From NCBI GenBank assembly GCA_002633005.1, contig NMRA01000006.1, forward strand, positions 670,537-732,365: 61,829 bases of DNA, in the 5' to 3' direction. Below are positions 35,901 to 46,658 of this stretch, one piece after another (position 1 is the first letter of the stretch; the number at the start of each line of letters is the position of its first letter). The stretch comes from Phoronis australis. Taxonomy: Eukaryota; Animalia; Phoronida. The notes below the pieces were generated by a model. It saw only the letters and a program-made list of their open reading frames with translations, had not been told where the DNA came from and made no database searches. The position numbers and the translations under genes were made by a program.

Positions 35901-38814
35901 GAAAAATTTGTCGATATTACTGTGATTTGCAGAGCATCAGAGTTGGGAAAATTAAGAAGTCCCACAGAGAAGCTACATTTGGCATTGGACATTCATCGTT
36001 AAGGAGCATTAAGCATTTACAACATAAGCCAATACTAGCATACATATATTGTCTTAATCATATTACACACAAAAGTCTGCACAAAAAGTAGTTTAATTCC
36101 CAAGTTTTATTGCATGAGCCCACAGTCATTGAACTGTCTCATGAGGGTTGCCCACATGTTATTGTGACTTTCAGTTTTAGAAACAGAGTGTCCCTTGCTA
36201 CCGAGAAAAGATCATCACAGTGAAAACGTGCAAGCTGGGCTAATTGTCAACTTGTTCAACTTTTGAAACTTCAGATATAATACTGTTTACTCACAACACT
36301 TCCAACCCACAGCTGCCATTTTATCCCCACTGAAGTGTGTGTGTCACTCTATCGAACGATGGCCGATACCCCCACTGAAGTGTGTGTGTCACTCTATCGA
36401 ACGATGGCCGATACCCCCACTGAAGTGTGTGCGTCACTCTATCGAACGATGGCCGATACCCCCACTGAAGTGTGTTGTCACTCTATCGAACGATGGCCGA
36501 TACCCCCACTGAAGTGTGTGTGTCACTCTATCGAACGATGGCCGATACCCCCACTGAAGTGTGTGTGTCACTCTATCGAACGATGGCCAATACCCCCATG
36601 GAAACTGTCCATTGCAATTGTGCAGTTTACTGCTCAGATAATGATTCGGGTAACCATTTTAAATTCTGTTGATGATTTCAGCATCTGCTCAGCCAGGTAC
36701 CACATTGTCCGATGTCAACTTCATCAAAGCATCTTTTCTAGATTTTGGACAGATTTGCAAGGTCTACAGTTTCTTAAGATTCTTACTGCTTAGGTTATAT
36801 AGCAATCTTTTTGTTTAAAACTGTATTTCGCCTTGTTTAGTTGGATAAAATGAAAACTGAATTAGGCCCTTTACAATGATAAAATCCTATAGGACTCCAT
36901 TACCGACAAGAACATCAAAACCAAAAATTGCGAAATGAAACTGGTGCATGTATGCATTGCCTGAGAGTGAAGTTGCTGGCTCCATTCAGCATGAATTCAA
37001 AATTGGATGAGCATGGCAATGTTTTAAACCACACAGTAAAGGGCTTCAGTTAACAACTCAACACTGACAACCAAATAGCGACACAACTTTAAATGCCGTT
37101 TCCTGTTGCCCCCAAAAACACAGATAAGTGTCCCTCGGTGGCACTCATGACACACATCTAGGAATGTTGACAGTGAATGGCATTAAAAAGCAACGCAAAT
37201 CAAGCACATTTCACACGACTTGACCTAATTTGTACAGGAGAGGAACAAAGATGGACACGAATTTGAAACTTTTGAATGTTAATATCGAGCCTACGGTATT
37301 CCTACTGAACTTATTCCTATGATGTAATAGGCAATAATCACTTACTGGGGTTCCGAATTTTGAGAACCAGTTTGATGTCCACTATTCAGTGGAGAAAGCT
37401 GGTTCTCAACAAGGAGGGACTCCTGTAGGTGACTATTACATTCAGTTAAAGCTCTACATTGTTGCATAAGTAAGAATTAGTAAGTCTTCTTACATGCCAT
37501 ATGTTGGTCCCATCATGTGACCAACATCATGTGACCAATAGTTTTCTCTTAAGTAATAATTCTTCGTACAACCAGCCTTTTAGATCAAATGGTCAACAGG
37601 AAGGTGATGGTCTACGTTTTAATAAACATATTTACATACAAACAACTGTTTCGGTCAGAACATAAACCATCATCAGTGCTGACAGACAAAATCATAGGAG
37701 ATAACAGATATTAGAAGTCTATACAATACTGACAATGATTTTAAGGTTTAACCGAAATATTTGTATGTGTGTATTTATGCAACTAAATGTTAAACCATTC
37801 ATGATCACCGTCCAACAACAGATTTTCCATAGCAACGCTCCCTAGAGTAATAAAACTGTGAAAGTGACTTTCACTAAATCCCGACTGTGTTTTCTTCTTG
37901 AAAGTGGGAAATGTAAGGGACATGATGTTCTTTATCCATGGTCCGTCTGTATTTCAAGAGGCTTGCTTTTTCTGTGAACAACTGATACACCCCAACGCAC
38001 AGCAGCGGAAATTGTTGGGCATTATGATAGCAAGAAGGGTGTTAAAACACTCTTTACACCAGGAGGTTGAAACCTTTTATCCACACTACATGGGATCCGT
38101 AGGTGGTGCTGAGTGCCTGTCCACTAAGAACCTGACCGCCTTCAGTCAGGATACTGAATTTCCATATGGCTTGGCTATTTTGAAAATCAGCTATATTTTA
38201 CTTATATTGTATCAACCTGCCAATTTATTGTAACAGCAAACTTATCTACATTGCTGTATAACAATAGAAAGTAGTAATAGAAAACTTTGTTCAGTAAGCA
38301 AAACACTATGACACGATATTGCTGACCCAGCAGTAAGAACGTGTTCTTACCAAGCTGACCCATTATCAAATAACTGTCTGGTTTTCAATATTAGGGACCA
38401 ATGCACGGACTAATGCAATTTGGCCATATAAACAGGAAATGAACTGCTGAGGTCAGTGTGTTTATCTGCTGATGTTGAATCTCATGTTTCAAGCATGAGC
38501 ATCCGGGTGCAAAAGACAAACAATAATGTTATCATTCGATCCAATGATCAACCAATTGCGTTAGGGTCGGGGAGTGTTTTACTGCAGCTGTCATACGTCA
38601 GAACTGCCGGTCAGCTTGCCACTTACGTCGGTTCAAAAGCAACGGCACATCTTCATCATCATGGGAATGGCGGACTGAAAATATGAAAAAGGCAGTTAGT
38701 TTTTTAGAGGATATACGCACATCAATTTATTTGGAAATACCTGCAACACATCATAAGCTTACCCCGCAGTCTTTCTCTAAGGCTCCGGCCCCTAAACTGA
38801 ACGGGCCCGGCCAT
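5983..38814 (-). CDS. RICTOR: Rapamycin-insensitive companion of mTOR (mTORC2 subunit)
   Basis: Phase-consistent exons in transcript order: 38763-38814 (MAGPVQFRGRSLRERLR), 38627-38674, 35126-35285, 34124-34255, 33406-33596, 32168-32340, 31802-31872, 31255-31322, 29972-30054, 29406-29493, 28520-28610, 27636-27702, 27050-27130, 26056-26156, 24912-25086, 24082-24183, 23520-23566, 22855-23050, 22150-22298, 21565-21691, 20917-21081, 19671-19826, 18633-18739, 17974-18154, 17350-17456, 15209-16327, [one exon not found], 13677-13740, 13010-13147, 10281-10421, 9347-9470, 7493-7631, 5983-6084 (stop TAG). Diagnostic peptides: KKLGNLNNFVKL, KEVRAGCLRALRY, VLRSWPG, EGFVAEEGRAILPH, HLYGQLVQHKDG, RKEVLRFVVNLSSSV, DICLYSEICHLLSNYSFRLKARRFIQELF. 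Confidence 0.97.
7695..8810 (+). mobile_element. Helentron/HINE-like non-autonomous element with internal ~145-bp tandem units (trimeric ~435-bp higher-order repeat)
   Basis: Starts AAACAAGAGCAACGC, as does the copy at 11132. Units share CCACTAG and CCAAATTTCA motifs. Family assignment is inferred from architecture. Confidence 0.65.
8962..9086. repeat. 18-bp minisatellite (TCTGCTTATGTCATTGAG) x ~7
   Basis: Direct tandem copies visible; they produce the spurious MSLSLL ORF. Confidence 0.95.
11132..12438 (+). mobile_element. Second, more diverged copy of the Helentron/HINE-like family
   Basis: ACAAGAGCAACGC start, the same internal units, and a 3' hairpin ATGCGCCCACATAATGGGTGCAT (12413-12435). 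Further fragments at ~20270-20660 (reverse) and ~47740-47970. Confidence 0.65.
14120..14330 (+). mobile_element. hAT-like repeat fragment (CAGTGGCGGAT terminus, GC-rich core)
   Basis: CAGTGGCGGATCTA at 14120; a similar terminus CAGTGGCGGATTTA at 54175. The other end was not identified. Confidence 0.45.
15209..16327 (-). CDS. RICTOR: RICTOR large exon (end of domain 5 plus Ser/Arg-rich disordered phosphorylation region)
   Basis: 1119-nt exon inside ORF 15196..16350. Begins TAFYSLGLIASTPQGARLLKEYGW, continuing the exon ending SIRG; acceptor TCTTCAG, donor AG|GTACGC. Confidence 0.93.
16790..17005. repeat. Foldback inverted repeat (~98-bp arms, ~20-bp loop), probable MITE
   Basis: ATACAGCATTGATTAAACGCACGA...CTCTACTCTCAACTGAACA versus TGTTCAGTTGAGAGTAGAG...TCGTGCGTTTAATCAATGCTGTAT. 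A direct repeat ATTCTTCTCTGC lies at 16753 and 17005. Confidence 0.85.
19208..19676. repeat. 41-bp minisatellite x ~11 containing the RICTOR exon end and splice donor
   Basis: Unit CACTATATACCTTATGGTGAAGTGATGAGATGCACTATAAC. The N at 19552 suggests a collapsed array. Confidence 0.95.
27678..27785. repeat. 65-bp tandem duplication spanning a RICTOR splice acceptor
   Basis: AGATTAGACCTACAACAAACAGTATAC occurs at ~27694 and ~27759. Confidence 0.85.
31009..31204. repeat. 31-bp minisatellite x ~6
   Basis: Unit AAATAAGTGAAGATACCATCCATAGTACATGAC-like; explains the repetitive ORFs at 30715-31244. Confidence 0.95.
32720..33450. repeat. Degenerate ~60-bp tandem repeat derived from the RICTOR exon 5 end and donor
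   Basis: Six or more copies of AATTTACCAAGTTCACTGAGGCAGGCCATAGACACCCTGAATAGTTGG-like units. Confidence 0.9.
35506..35763. mobile_element. Palindromic MITE
   Basis: AAAATGAC..AAAAATTGAATTTCGGGCCTCAAA versus TTTGAGGCCCGAAATTCAATTTTT..GTCATTTT, with three internal ATATTAATA-centred units. Confidence 0.75.
36325..36598. repeat. 45-bp minisatellite x 6
   Basis: Unit CCCCACTGAAGTGTGTGTGTCACTCTATCGAACGATGGCCGATAC; explains ORFs 36335 and 36472. Confidence 0.97.
37603..37810. mobile_element. Degenerate Penelope-like inverted terminal repeats with a minimal hammerhead-like core
   Basis: Minus strand 37636-37680 reads CTGATGA-T-GGTT-loop-GACC-GAAAC-AGTT-GTT. A more decayed inverted copy lies on + at 37729-37765. 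Confidence 0.5.
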
Positions 38815-39058
38815 TTTGCAAATTGTGATTATGTCGTAAAGCAGTGTCGTTAAACGAGAATAATTTCATTTCGATAACTTTAACTTATGCACTAAAGAGT
38901 GTCTTTTCTGCTGCCAAAACATACTCTAGTCGTTTGTATGGTTTTAGGAGATACTTTATAAAGTTAATTTCAGAAAACGTTATGGAAACAAAGACGCTCT
39001 CTACGGTCTCTGATGGAAACCGAGAGCAAATGTTACGACATTCAGTAGAACAACAAAA
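38815..39058. promoter_or_regulatory. Bidirectional promoter region RICTOR / DFPase-like gene
   Basis: Divergent ATGs are separated by only 244 bp, both in an AAAATGGC context, and the region is locally CpG-rich. Confidence 0.75.
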
Positions 39059-42000
39059 ATGGCTTCCAAAAACCCGGAAGTGTCTGATTATTGTGCCGAA
39101 TTTACTAGAATAGCATCCGACTTGAAGGGTTTAGAAGGCGCTGCCTTTGACGGAAATGGTGACCTGTACGTTGCAGCAACGTCGGAAGAAGAAAGTGGGA
39201 AGCCTTGTGGCGAAATACTGAAGATCGACTTGCTCACTTGTGAGGTGGACACGCCTTCTTCAGTTCTTGCAATCGTTGAACATTCACCAAATTTATTTCA
39301 CCCATTCTTCATACCTGTCGTAAACGACGTAAACCATGTGTCTTAAAAATGACATGTAATTGATTGCATTTTTGTCACATATGCAATCGAGATTTTTGGT
39401 ATTGCTGTTGCCAGTAGTTGCATATTCCAGTTTGCAGGCGTGCGTTCAGGCCTAATATGTACCTAGCGAAAATCCAGCCAAAGTCACGTGTTCACATTTT
39501 AAATACACGGCAATCATGATATCTCATGTAACCTCGTGAAGTTATAGCGTTACTGAATGGGATACAGGTTTGCTTCCTGGCCAAGTGCTCCCTGTTGGGA
39601 ATTGATTTGTCTGGGCAATTACTACAATAAAGTCCTGAAATAGTACAGAACCACTCTCATTCTGAGATACTTACGATCGCAGTCACAGCATGTGTCAAGT
39701 ACTTGTATTGCTTCTTTACATGCAAATGTTGCGTATCATATTTGTTTCAAGTTCTTATTCATCATTGTAATTTAGGGACGCTTTTGTTATTGCTGATAAC
39801 AAATATCAGGAGTGCTGGATATGCAATGTATTGTTCTTGCGTTTTGAGTTGCAATGCTGATAACAAATATCAGGAGTGCTGGATATGCAATGTATTGTTC
39901 TTGCGTTTTGAGTTGCAATGCTGATAACAAATATCAGGAGTGCTGGATATGCAATGTATTGTTCTTCCCTTGTTAATTCGTTTTGAAAAGTAAGCCATTC
40001 ATTCATTTTGCTATGCACTCTTGTAATAGTCAACATCAGTCACTGGTTACCTCCTTCTGTAACCTCTTGTCTCAAAATGGATCTCTGCTATTGCTTGCTG
40101 CAGCACTGTCCTACCGTATTACGTAGTTGAAGTTGATCGTCAGTATTTATGATTGCTCAGATTCTATGAGTGTAATCAGTAATGAGATGTGTAGAGTTAC
40201 TATTTAACTGCTACTTCTTGTTCTGTAGTCAGCTTGCAATTGTTTTTCCTTACTTTTTCTGAAAATTGACATTTCTCTTTTTTTGTGCATCATATTTCTG
40301 TCCGGTTCACTTGAAAGTTGCAGAGTATGATCATGGTTATGGTTACTAGTTGAAGATGAAAACTCCAGCTTCAAAATAAAGTAGACCGGGTGGAACAGAA
40401 TCAAGTTATTAAATGCAGTGCTTTCTTAATTGTTTTTAAGGTCTCCGTGTACTGTAAACCTAAACATGGGAAGGATAGCGGCCAGCCTTCCGGTTTACTG
40501 GTGGATAATAATGGTACAATGTGGTTAGCTGACATGAAGTTGGGACTTATGAAAGTACTTCAGAATGGCAAGTCTAAGCAGGTGTGTACCTTAAATAAGG
40601 ACAGGCGTACTACCTCCAAAGATGGGTAAATATCAGTTGTTGTAAAACCAGCTATAACTTGAAAAACTGGGAGAAGCTTGTTATTATTTAAAATCAGATC
40701 ATCTTCACAGTAGATGTTAGTAGATGGGAAAATTTCAAACTCCTTTGTAAGCTCTTCCATTGCCTGGTAGTCGTCAGGCGGAGATTCAAGGCAATAACCA
40801 AAGACTGGTCTGACAGTGGAGCATGTTTCATTCCCTCATTACAAGACAGTACAGAGGTGGTTTGAACAGGACTGGTGTATCTAGACTACCTGTGCTCCAC
40901 ATCTCCTATTCCAGGTCTGCATCTGTAGTGTGTAACAAATTCTGTTTGGTTTTTTGTAGGTAGCTAACCGTGACTTTGGTTGGAGCCCTATTCAAGGGTG
41001 TAAAGATATTTGTTGCGACAATGAAGGCCACCTGTGGATATCTGCTCCTGGAGGTCAGATAGCTCCTAACTACAAGGCGTTAACTATCAAGGTGAATCAT
41101 GCTGCATTGGTTACCATTTCTTATAAGGAAATCACTTCTTATAAGAAAATCTCTGATTGAAGAATAAAAAGTCCTCTCAACATTGATTTGATTTGGTTGA
41201 GATGATTGACCTGTGGGAAAAACCATGGTAAACTTCCATCTCTTTTATCCTGCACCCAAACAAAACTAAACTGCTTGGTCATATTATAGTTGGTGCTGTT
41301 TAGGTTGAAACAGGGTAGATAATTCAGAGTTGCCACTTGGCAATGATCATCCCAACATTAGGGCATTCTCCCGTTTAGTGACTTTAACAGACATGGAACA
41401 GTTGTGAATATGTGATAACATCTTGCTCCAGTCTTTTGTTTGGTATGACAACATGCAGCCGTGTCATCCACCCAACCTGTTGTTGTGCTTTGCAACCAAA
41501 CAAGTTGAACTCAACGAGAGAATGCCGTAATGAAGGAGGTACTCACATAGAAGAGGTTCATGGGACCTGCTTCTCAGAAGGGTGACCTTCACTGTCCAGT
41601 TTCTCTATTAAAGGGGTGCCTTTCTATCAACATTCCCTACAAAGGATTCACTTTAAGAGCTCAAAACTCTACAAAAGGTTCTCTTTTCCAACTACACTAA
41701 TCTGCGGAAGGAGTTTTAATTTTATCTGATTTTGAATCAATGGTGGCAAAAGATGTACTGTTTCAGGGTTAAGTTGAATCCAGTTGTCAAAAAATTCTTA
41801 TGAAGAGACAAAACCATTCCAAAAGGGCGAATTGTCATAAAGCTTCCCTACAAATGGGTTCTATTTTTTAGTTTACTCTTTACTCGGTATCCTAATTCTC
41901 TATGACGGACCTAGTATAGGTGACAACTCAAGCCAAAACCCAATTAAATCAATGAACTGAAGAGCAAGTTTCAATTACACCCATTCCATGCCAACACAAC

Positions 42001-43678
42001 AGACAACCATCTGGCTGGGCTGCCAACAGTCAACAAACATCGTTACAGTTATATGACATGAGGTGTCATAAAGGATTACTTAGGTGTCCAAGCATTCCAA
42101 ACAGATGGACTGAATTCACTGGGATATTTGTTCGCATTCAAACAAACTCCAACTGTCGGACGATCATTATCAGATGGTCAGTTTTTACCTGGACTGAGTT
42201 CCTCTTGTCTAGCTGTTCCAATCGAGTTCAGTATCCCCTGGATCACATATCTGTCTTCTTATTTCAGCAAATGGCTACTAGTCAACAGGGTGCTATTTAC
42301 TGTTATGTTCCTGAGGAGGACAGACTAGTCAAAGTGGCCACATCACTCAAGCTCCCAAGTGGTATCACTGTGCAACACGATAAATTTGGGAAACCTAGAA
42401 ATTTGCTTGTTGCTGAATGTGGTGCAAGAGCAGTTGTCAGTTACAACATCTCAGGTCCTTGTGACTTGCAAGACAAAGAAAATTGGGCTAAAGTAATAGG
42501 TATGATAAAATGATATTTAGTTGTTATATTTAAGCTTACACCTCACCCTTAAAGGGTTTATGTAGTCAAATCAAATTTTGAGGACATTCCTTAATACTTA
42601 AGTTTTGTTTAGGTACATCTGTTAGCATTTTGGGCTTTTAGGGGGTAACTACTCTGCATATTGCCTTAGAATTGTGCGGAGCGTTGTAAATCACGGGTGT
42701 CGTTCACACATGATTGGCCTTTTGAAATTGACGGTCAGTACAATCAGTTCTTTGTGAATCCTGCTCTTAGTCATACAAGTGTCCCAGTTGGCTTGTGTAA
42801 GTAAAGACAGCTTAAAAACAGGTTAAAGGTCCTGATTGAGAAGATAACAGTTTTATTACTCCTTATGGGTTTTGAATAGTCAAGCCTGGAATGTTGAACC
42901 ACTCATAATTTGACTATATACATGGACCTCGATAAATAATAATTGCATAATTTTATTTTTGATATCTTGTACAAAGACGCTGCCTAGTTATTTTGGAAAG
43001 ACATTTTCCATGTTTATTACTGTTTCCTTACTATCCATGGAAAATAAGTGATATAAACTGCTCAGCAAAGTGGTTCTGCTTTCACTGACACAGAGGGTGT
43101 TGAATAGCGAACAAGATATTGGGTTTGCTGAAAGCAAGTGAATGCAGTTCTTAATCAAAATGAAGACATTTCGCAATAATGTTACCTGGATGTTAAATAC
43201 TCATAACTGTTTGGAGGTACTTTTGGACTTTATCAGTAATATTTTCCTAACAATAGAAGTGCCTCAAATCCCTTTAACTGTGATTTCATGACTCAAGTAA
43301 GGATCTATTCAGTATATTCTAAAAGTAATGAAATTTTTACGAATTTTGTGCTGTTGTCATACAAATAGACTTGAGACTGAATATGAACTAACCTGGCTAT
43401 AAGAAAGTTTCATCTTCATTTCAGGCCAACATGTTAGTGGCCATGGTCCTACGGGCATGGCTGTTGATAAATCCGGCAATGTGCTTGTTTGCAACAATGG
43501 TTCGGCCTACATTGAAGTCTACTCTAGGTTTGGTGGCAAGATGTTGAAGAGAATCCAGTGTCCATCCAACTACATCAGCAGTCTGGCATTCAGACCTGGC
43601 ACTAAGGAGGTCTATATTACTGATCCCCATGAGGGAGCAGTGTGGAAGTTTGACTGGGAGAACTTTGGCATGCTATGA
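39059..43678 (+). CDS. Diisopropyl-fluorophosphatase (DFPase)-like / SMP-30-gluconolactonase family six-bladed beta-propeller, 314 aa
   Basis: Exons 39059-39244, 40441-40581, 40960-41091, 42268-42499, 43425-43678 total 945 nt in one frame. Colinear with squid DFPase as recalled: GLEGAAFDGNGDLY, GKPCGEILKIDL, LADMKLGL, QGCKD, LWISAPGGQIAP, GAIYCY, LLVAE, RIQCP, AVWKFDW. The exon 1 donor (GAG|GTGGAC) is weak but fits the alignment. Confidence 0.9.
39791..39967. repeat. 64-bp tandem repeat x ~2.8
   Basis: TGCTGATAACAAATATCAGGAGTGCTGGATATGCAATGTATTGTTCTT... starts at 39791, 39855 and 39919. Confidence 0.95.
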
Positions 43679-45144
43679 TTGAATTGATGTTGCTGTCAAA
43701 CATTCTTTTGTTCATTTTCTGTCCTGGAAAATTCTAGTATTCTTCTCCACGTTCCGTACAGATGACACATGGTTTTTTTCATTGAATGATGCACTGTAGT
43801 GTATTCATGTTGCTAGGACGGTGGTATGTTAGTGTATCTATGCAAAATACTCCAACTAATTTCTCATTTATTTCACAAAAGTCTACTTTTAAAGGCTGAT
43901 TACGTAAGAAATAGCATAAACCTTACCAAGTGTAGTCATATGTGTAACATCCACTGTGTACGAAGAAAGCTATAGCTACTGACTGGGGGATTACCATAGC
44001 TTCAGTAGTCCCAGGGATAGAACTGGTTAGCTTGGTTCTACTCTATATACCTCGGAACTATCAACATATCTGATTAATTTACTTGGAATATTGATAATGT
44101 GAACCTTCCATGCTGGTTATTTTAGACATTGGTATTTGTAATAGTATCTCTTTTGTAATCCAAAAAGGCACTTGTTTTGCTGATAGGTTCAGGTCCTTGT
44201 GCCCTTTCACAGTATTCGCAGAAACAGAATCAGCAAAGTTTTAATGAAGTTTTATTTGTGTCAGAATTCCAAACAAGAACTACATTGTTTTTATTTTTTT
44301 GACTGAAAGCAGAGCGGTGGTTGACTATTATTTGTGTTGCCTTTGTTCATGAATAGCCGGTGAAACATAAAGTTTTGTGATGTAGTTCAGTTGTTGAGGT
44401 ACTCAATGCCACCTCTTCCATGTAATTAAATTACACAATTGATGTAATGTAACATGTCTTCAAGAAGAGTATGTTATGTTAGCTTATTGTCTCTATAGAT
44501 AATTTCTTAATTTTATTTTTGTAGCAATTCAGTTTTATTTTTACATTAAATCAAGATTTTGAACATTTCTTTACATATCATCAAAATTAAGGGCTACGTG
44601 TGTACTTAGCTTTTAGGTGATTTTGGTGTGTGTGATTCTATCAACCAATTGCCATGAATTAGCCAAAAGTTCAATGTATGTCTATTTTACAAAATACCAG
44701 GCTTTAGTTCTAATGATTTCTGTAAAAGCCTCCAAGGAAAAATTGCGAGGGTTCTTTCAGAGTTGGTATTGCCGATTGCAGCCTCCTCGTTCAACTGTGG
44801 GCTTTTAAAGAAGGCCCTATTTTATATAAGTGTTTCACTCAAAGGCTGCTTGGCTATCAAGTCCAGTGATGCCTCATAACTTAAATTTTTTCAAAAGTCC
44901 TTTTAACGGCCAAAAAAAATAGCGATCATGACCACCTTTTCCACAAATGTGCCACGCATGCATAACTATTACAAGTGTTCTTTTTGATTCGTTCATTTGC
45001 CAAAGAGGCCCCAAGGATTTTTTCATCATGAGAACTCTTTTGAAAATCTCTGTGAATCGGGAATATAGTGCATTTAGGTTTTCATTTTTTGTTGCTTTGG
45101 TGCTTATATTTTCTTTTATGACAATATTTTATTCATTATGCAGT

Positions 45145-45350
45145 GCTATTGTTGCTCAATGGTGACCAAAAGGTCGTAGGTTCAATCCCTAGTTGCTGCA
45201 GTCATGCAGTTATGTTACTTATCTAAGTATTTATCTGTGTTGCTCCATTTGAATAAACGAGTACCTGTTATGGCAGGGAAGTAACTTGCGATGAACTAGT
45301 ACACCATCCAGGTGGGATTGGATGTCGTTCATCCACTCATAGTAAAGGGA
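45145..45350 (+). mobile_element. Decayed tRNA-derived SINE
   Basis: A-box-like TGCTCAATGGT and B-box GGTTCAATCCC (~45179), followed by GAGTACCTG and GCGATGAACTAG..CCATCCAGG motifs typical of conserved SINE central domains. Confidence 0.55.
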
Positions 45351-46658
45351 ATGTCAGTGAACAACAGGATTGACGAGTCATGAGTATTTACCACACTTTG
45401 TCGATAACAAGGTGCTTAATATGTTAATTTGTGTTCCCAGATGACTTCATTATTGATCATCTACCAGTTATTTTAGTATGTTGTGTAGATACTAGTATGA
45501 TAGGATCTCAATGTTTAGCTTTTAGCTGTTGCATTTATGTCTAGTCAAATCAATTATTGTGATGCAGAATTATGCTGGTCTTGTAATGTTAAGTCGGGAG
45601 TGACGTTGTCGTCCTTGTTGTTGGCATGCTTTCAAGCAAGCTTCACGTTCTTACTGAAGTTCATGTTGTGTGTTATTGTATGTAAATGTTTGTTTGTTAA
45701 TGTCCTTCAAGTCAGTTTTTGTTATTAATGTTGCATTATTTACTGTGTAATCGTGTAATACTCAATGTTCGCTTTACATTTCCTAACACTGGGGTCTAAT
45801 TGACCCATCTTCCAACATTTTTGGTGCCCATTTTAATTTTCTGAGGTCCGTAAGACAGACCACAGATGGTTACGCTAACGCCGAACAATGCACAATGCAT
45901 ACTTGAACAAGAAGTCCTGGGGTACTTCAATGAATTTAAAACATGGGAAATATCGTCCATTAATTTTCAGAACTGTTTCTTACACCCTATCAAAATTGTG
46001 TTCAAGGTGATGCCCTGTTATCTCAATATTCATCTTCTTTATTATAATTGTGTCAAATGATGCAAAAACAAAGCTTTGGGCACCCACTGTGTATTTGTTT
46101 TGCTTTTTGTATGTGTACTATAAACAGAATTGTAGCTTCCACATATGCAAATTAATACACATTACCGGTACTACACAGTTGGAAAAAGCTATGTTTATAA
46201 AATGTTCAAGCTCAGAGAATGTTCCCTCATCAACAGCCCTTGACGAATATGATACATTTTGCTAGCGTTATCTATATCAAGGGGCCATGCATTTCTATAA
46301 AATACATCTGGCTCCTTTTTGTGAAGAAGTAATGTAATGTGTGATGCAGTTATACAATAAACTTGTAAACAACATATAAATTGTATGTTCCTCAGTGTAA
46401 TTCAAAACTCAACAAATATTTCTTACACAACATGATCTACAGTACTCACACGAGAAATCACTCAACATGGTGACTATTGTCACCAGTGGATGTTGCTCCG
46501 CAAATTTCACACAGCCAATACGATGCAGCAAAATGCACTACAAATGTAGTATAAAAACGCCTCGATTTTCAGTTGCACCATAAACTGTCCTGATAGTGTT
46601 AAAGGAAATGGTTCAACTGCAGCCGTTCTACAGCAGAAAGTACTAAATTGTCCAATCA

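Noticed and set aside
36335-36793. 152-aa Cys-containing repeat ORF
   Set aside because: Translation of the 45-bp minisatellite; no splice or homology support.
45145-45200. tRNA gene
   Set aside because: Only A/B-box remnants with no complete cloverleaf; continues into a SINE-like body.
46020-46380. 3' UTR overlap between the DFPase-like gene and ATP5F1D
   Set aside because: Signals exist (+ AATAAA at 46356; - AATAAA at 46038), but several earlier candidates for the DFPase-like gene (ATTAAA ~44425 and ~44545, AATAAA 45252) make the ends undeterminable.
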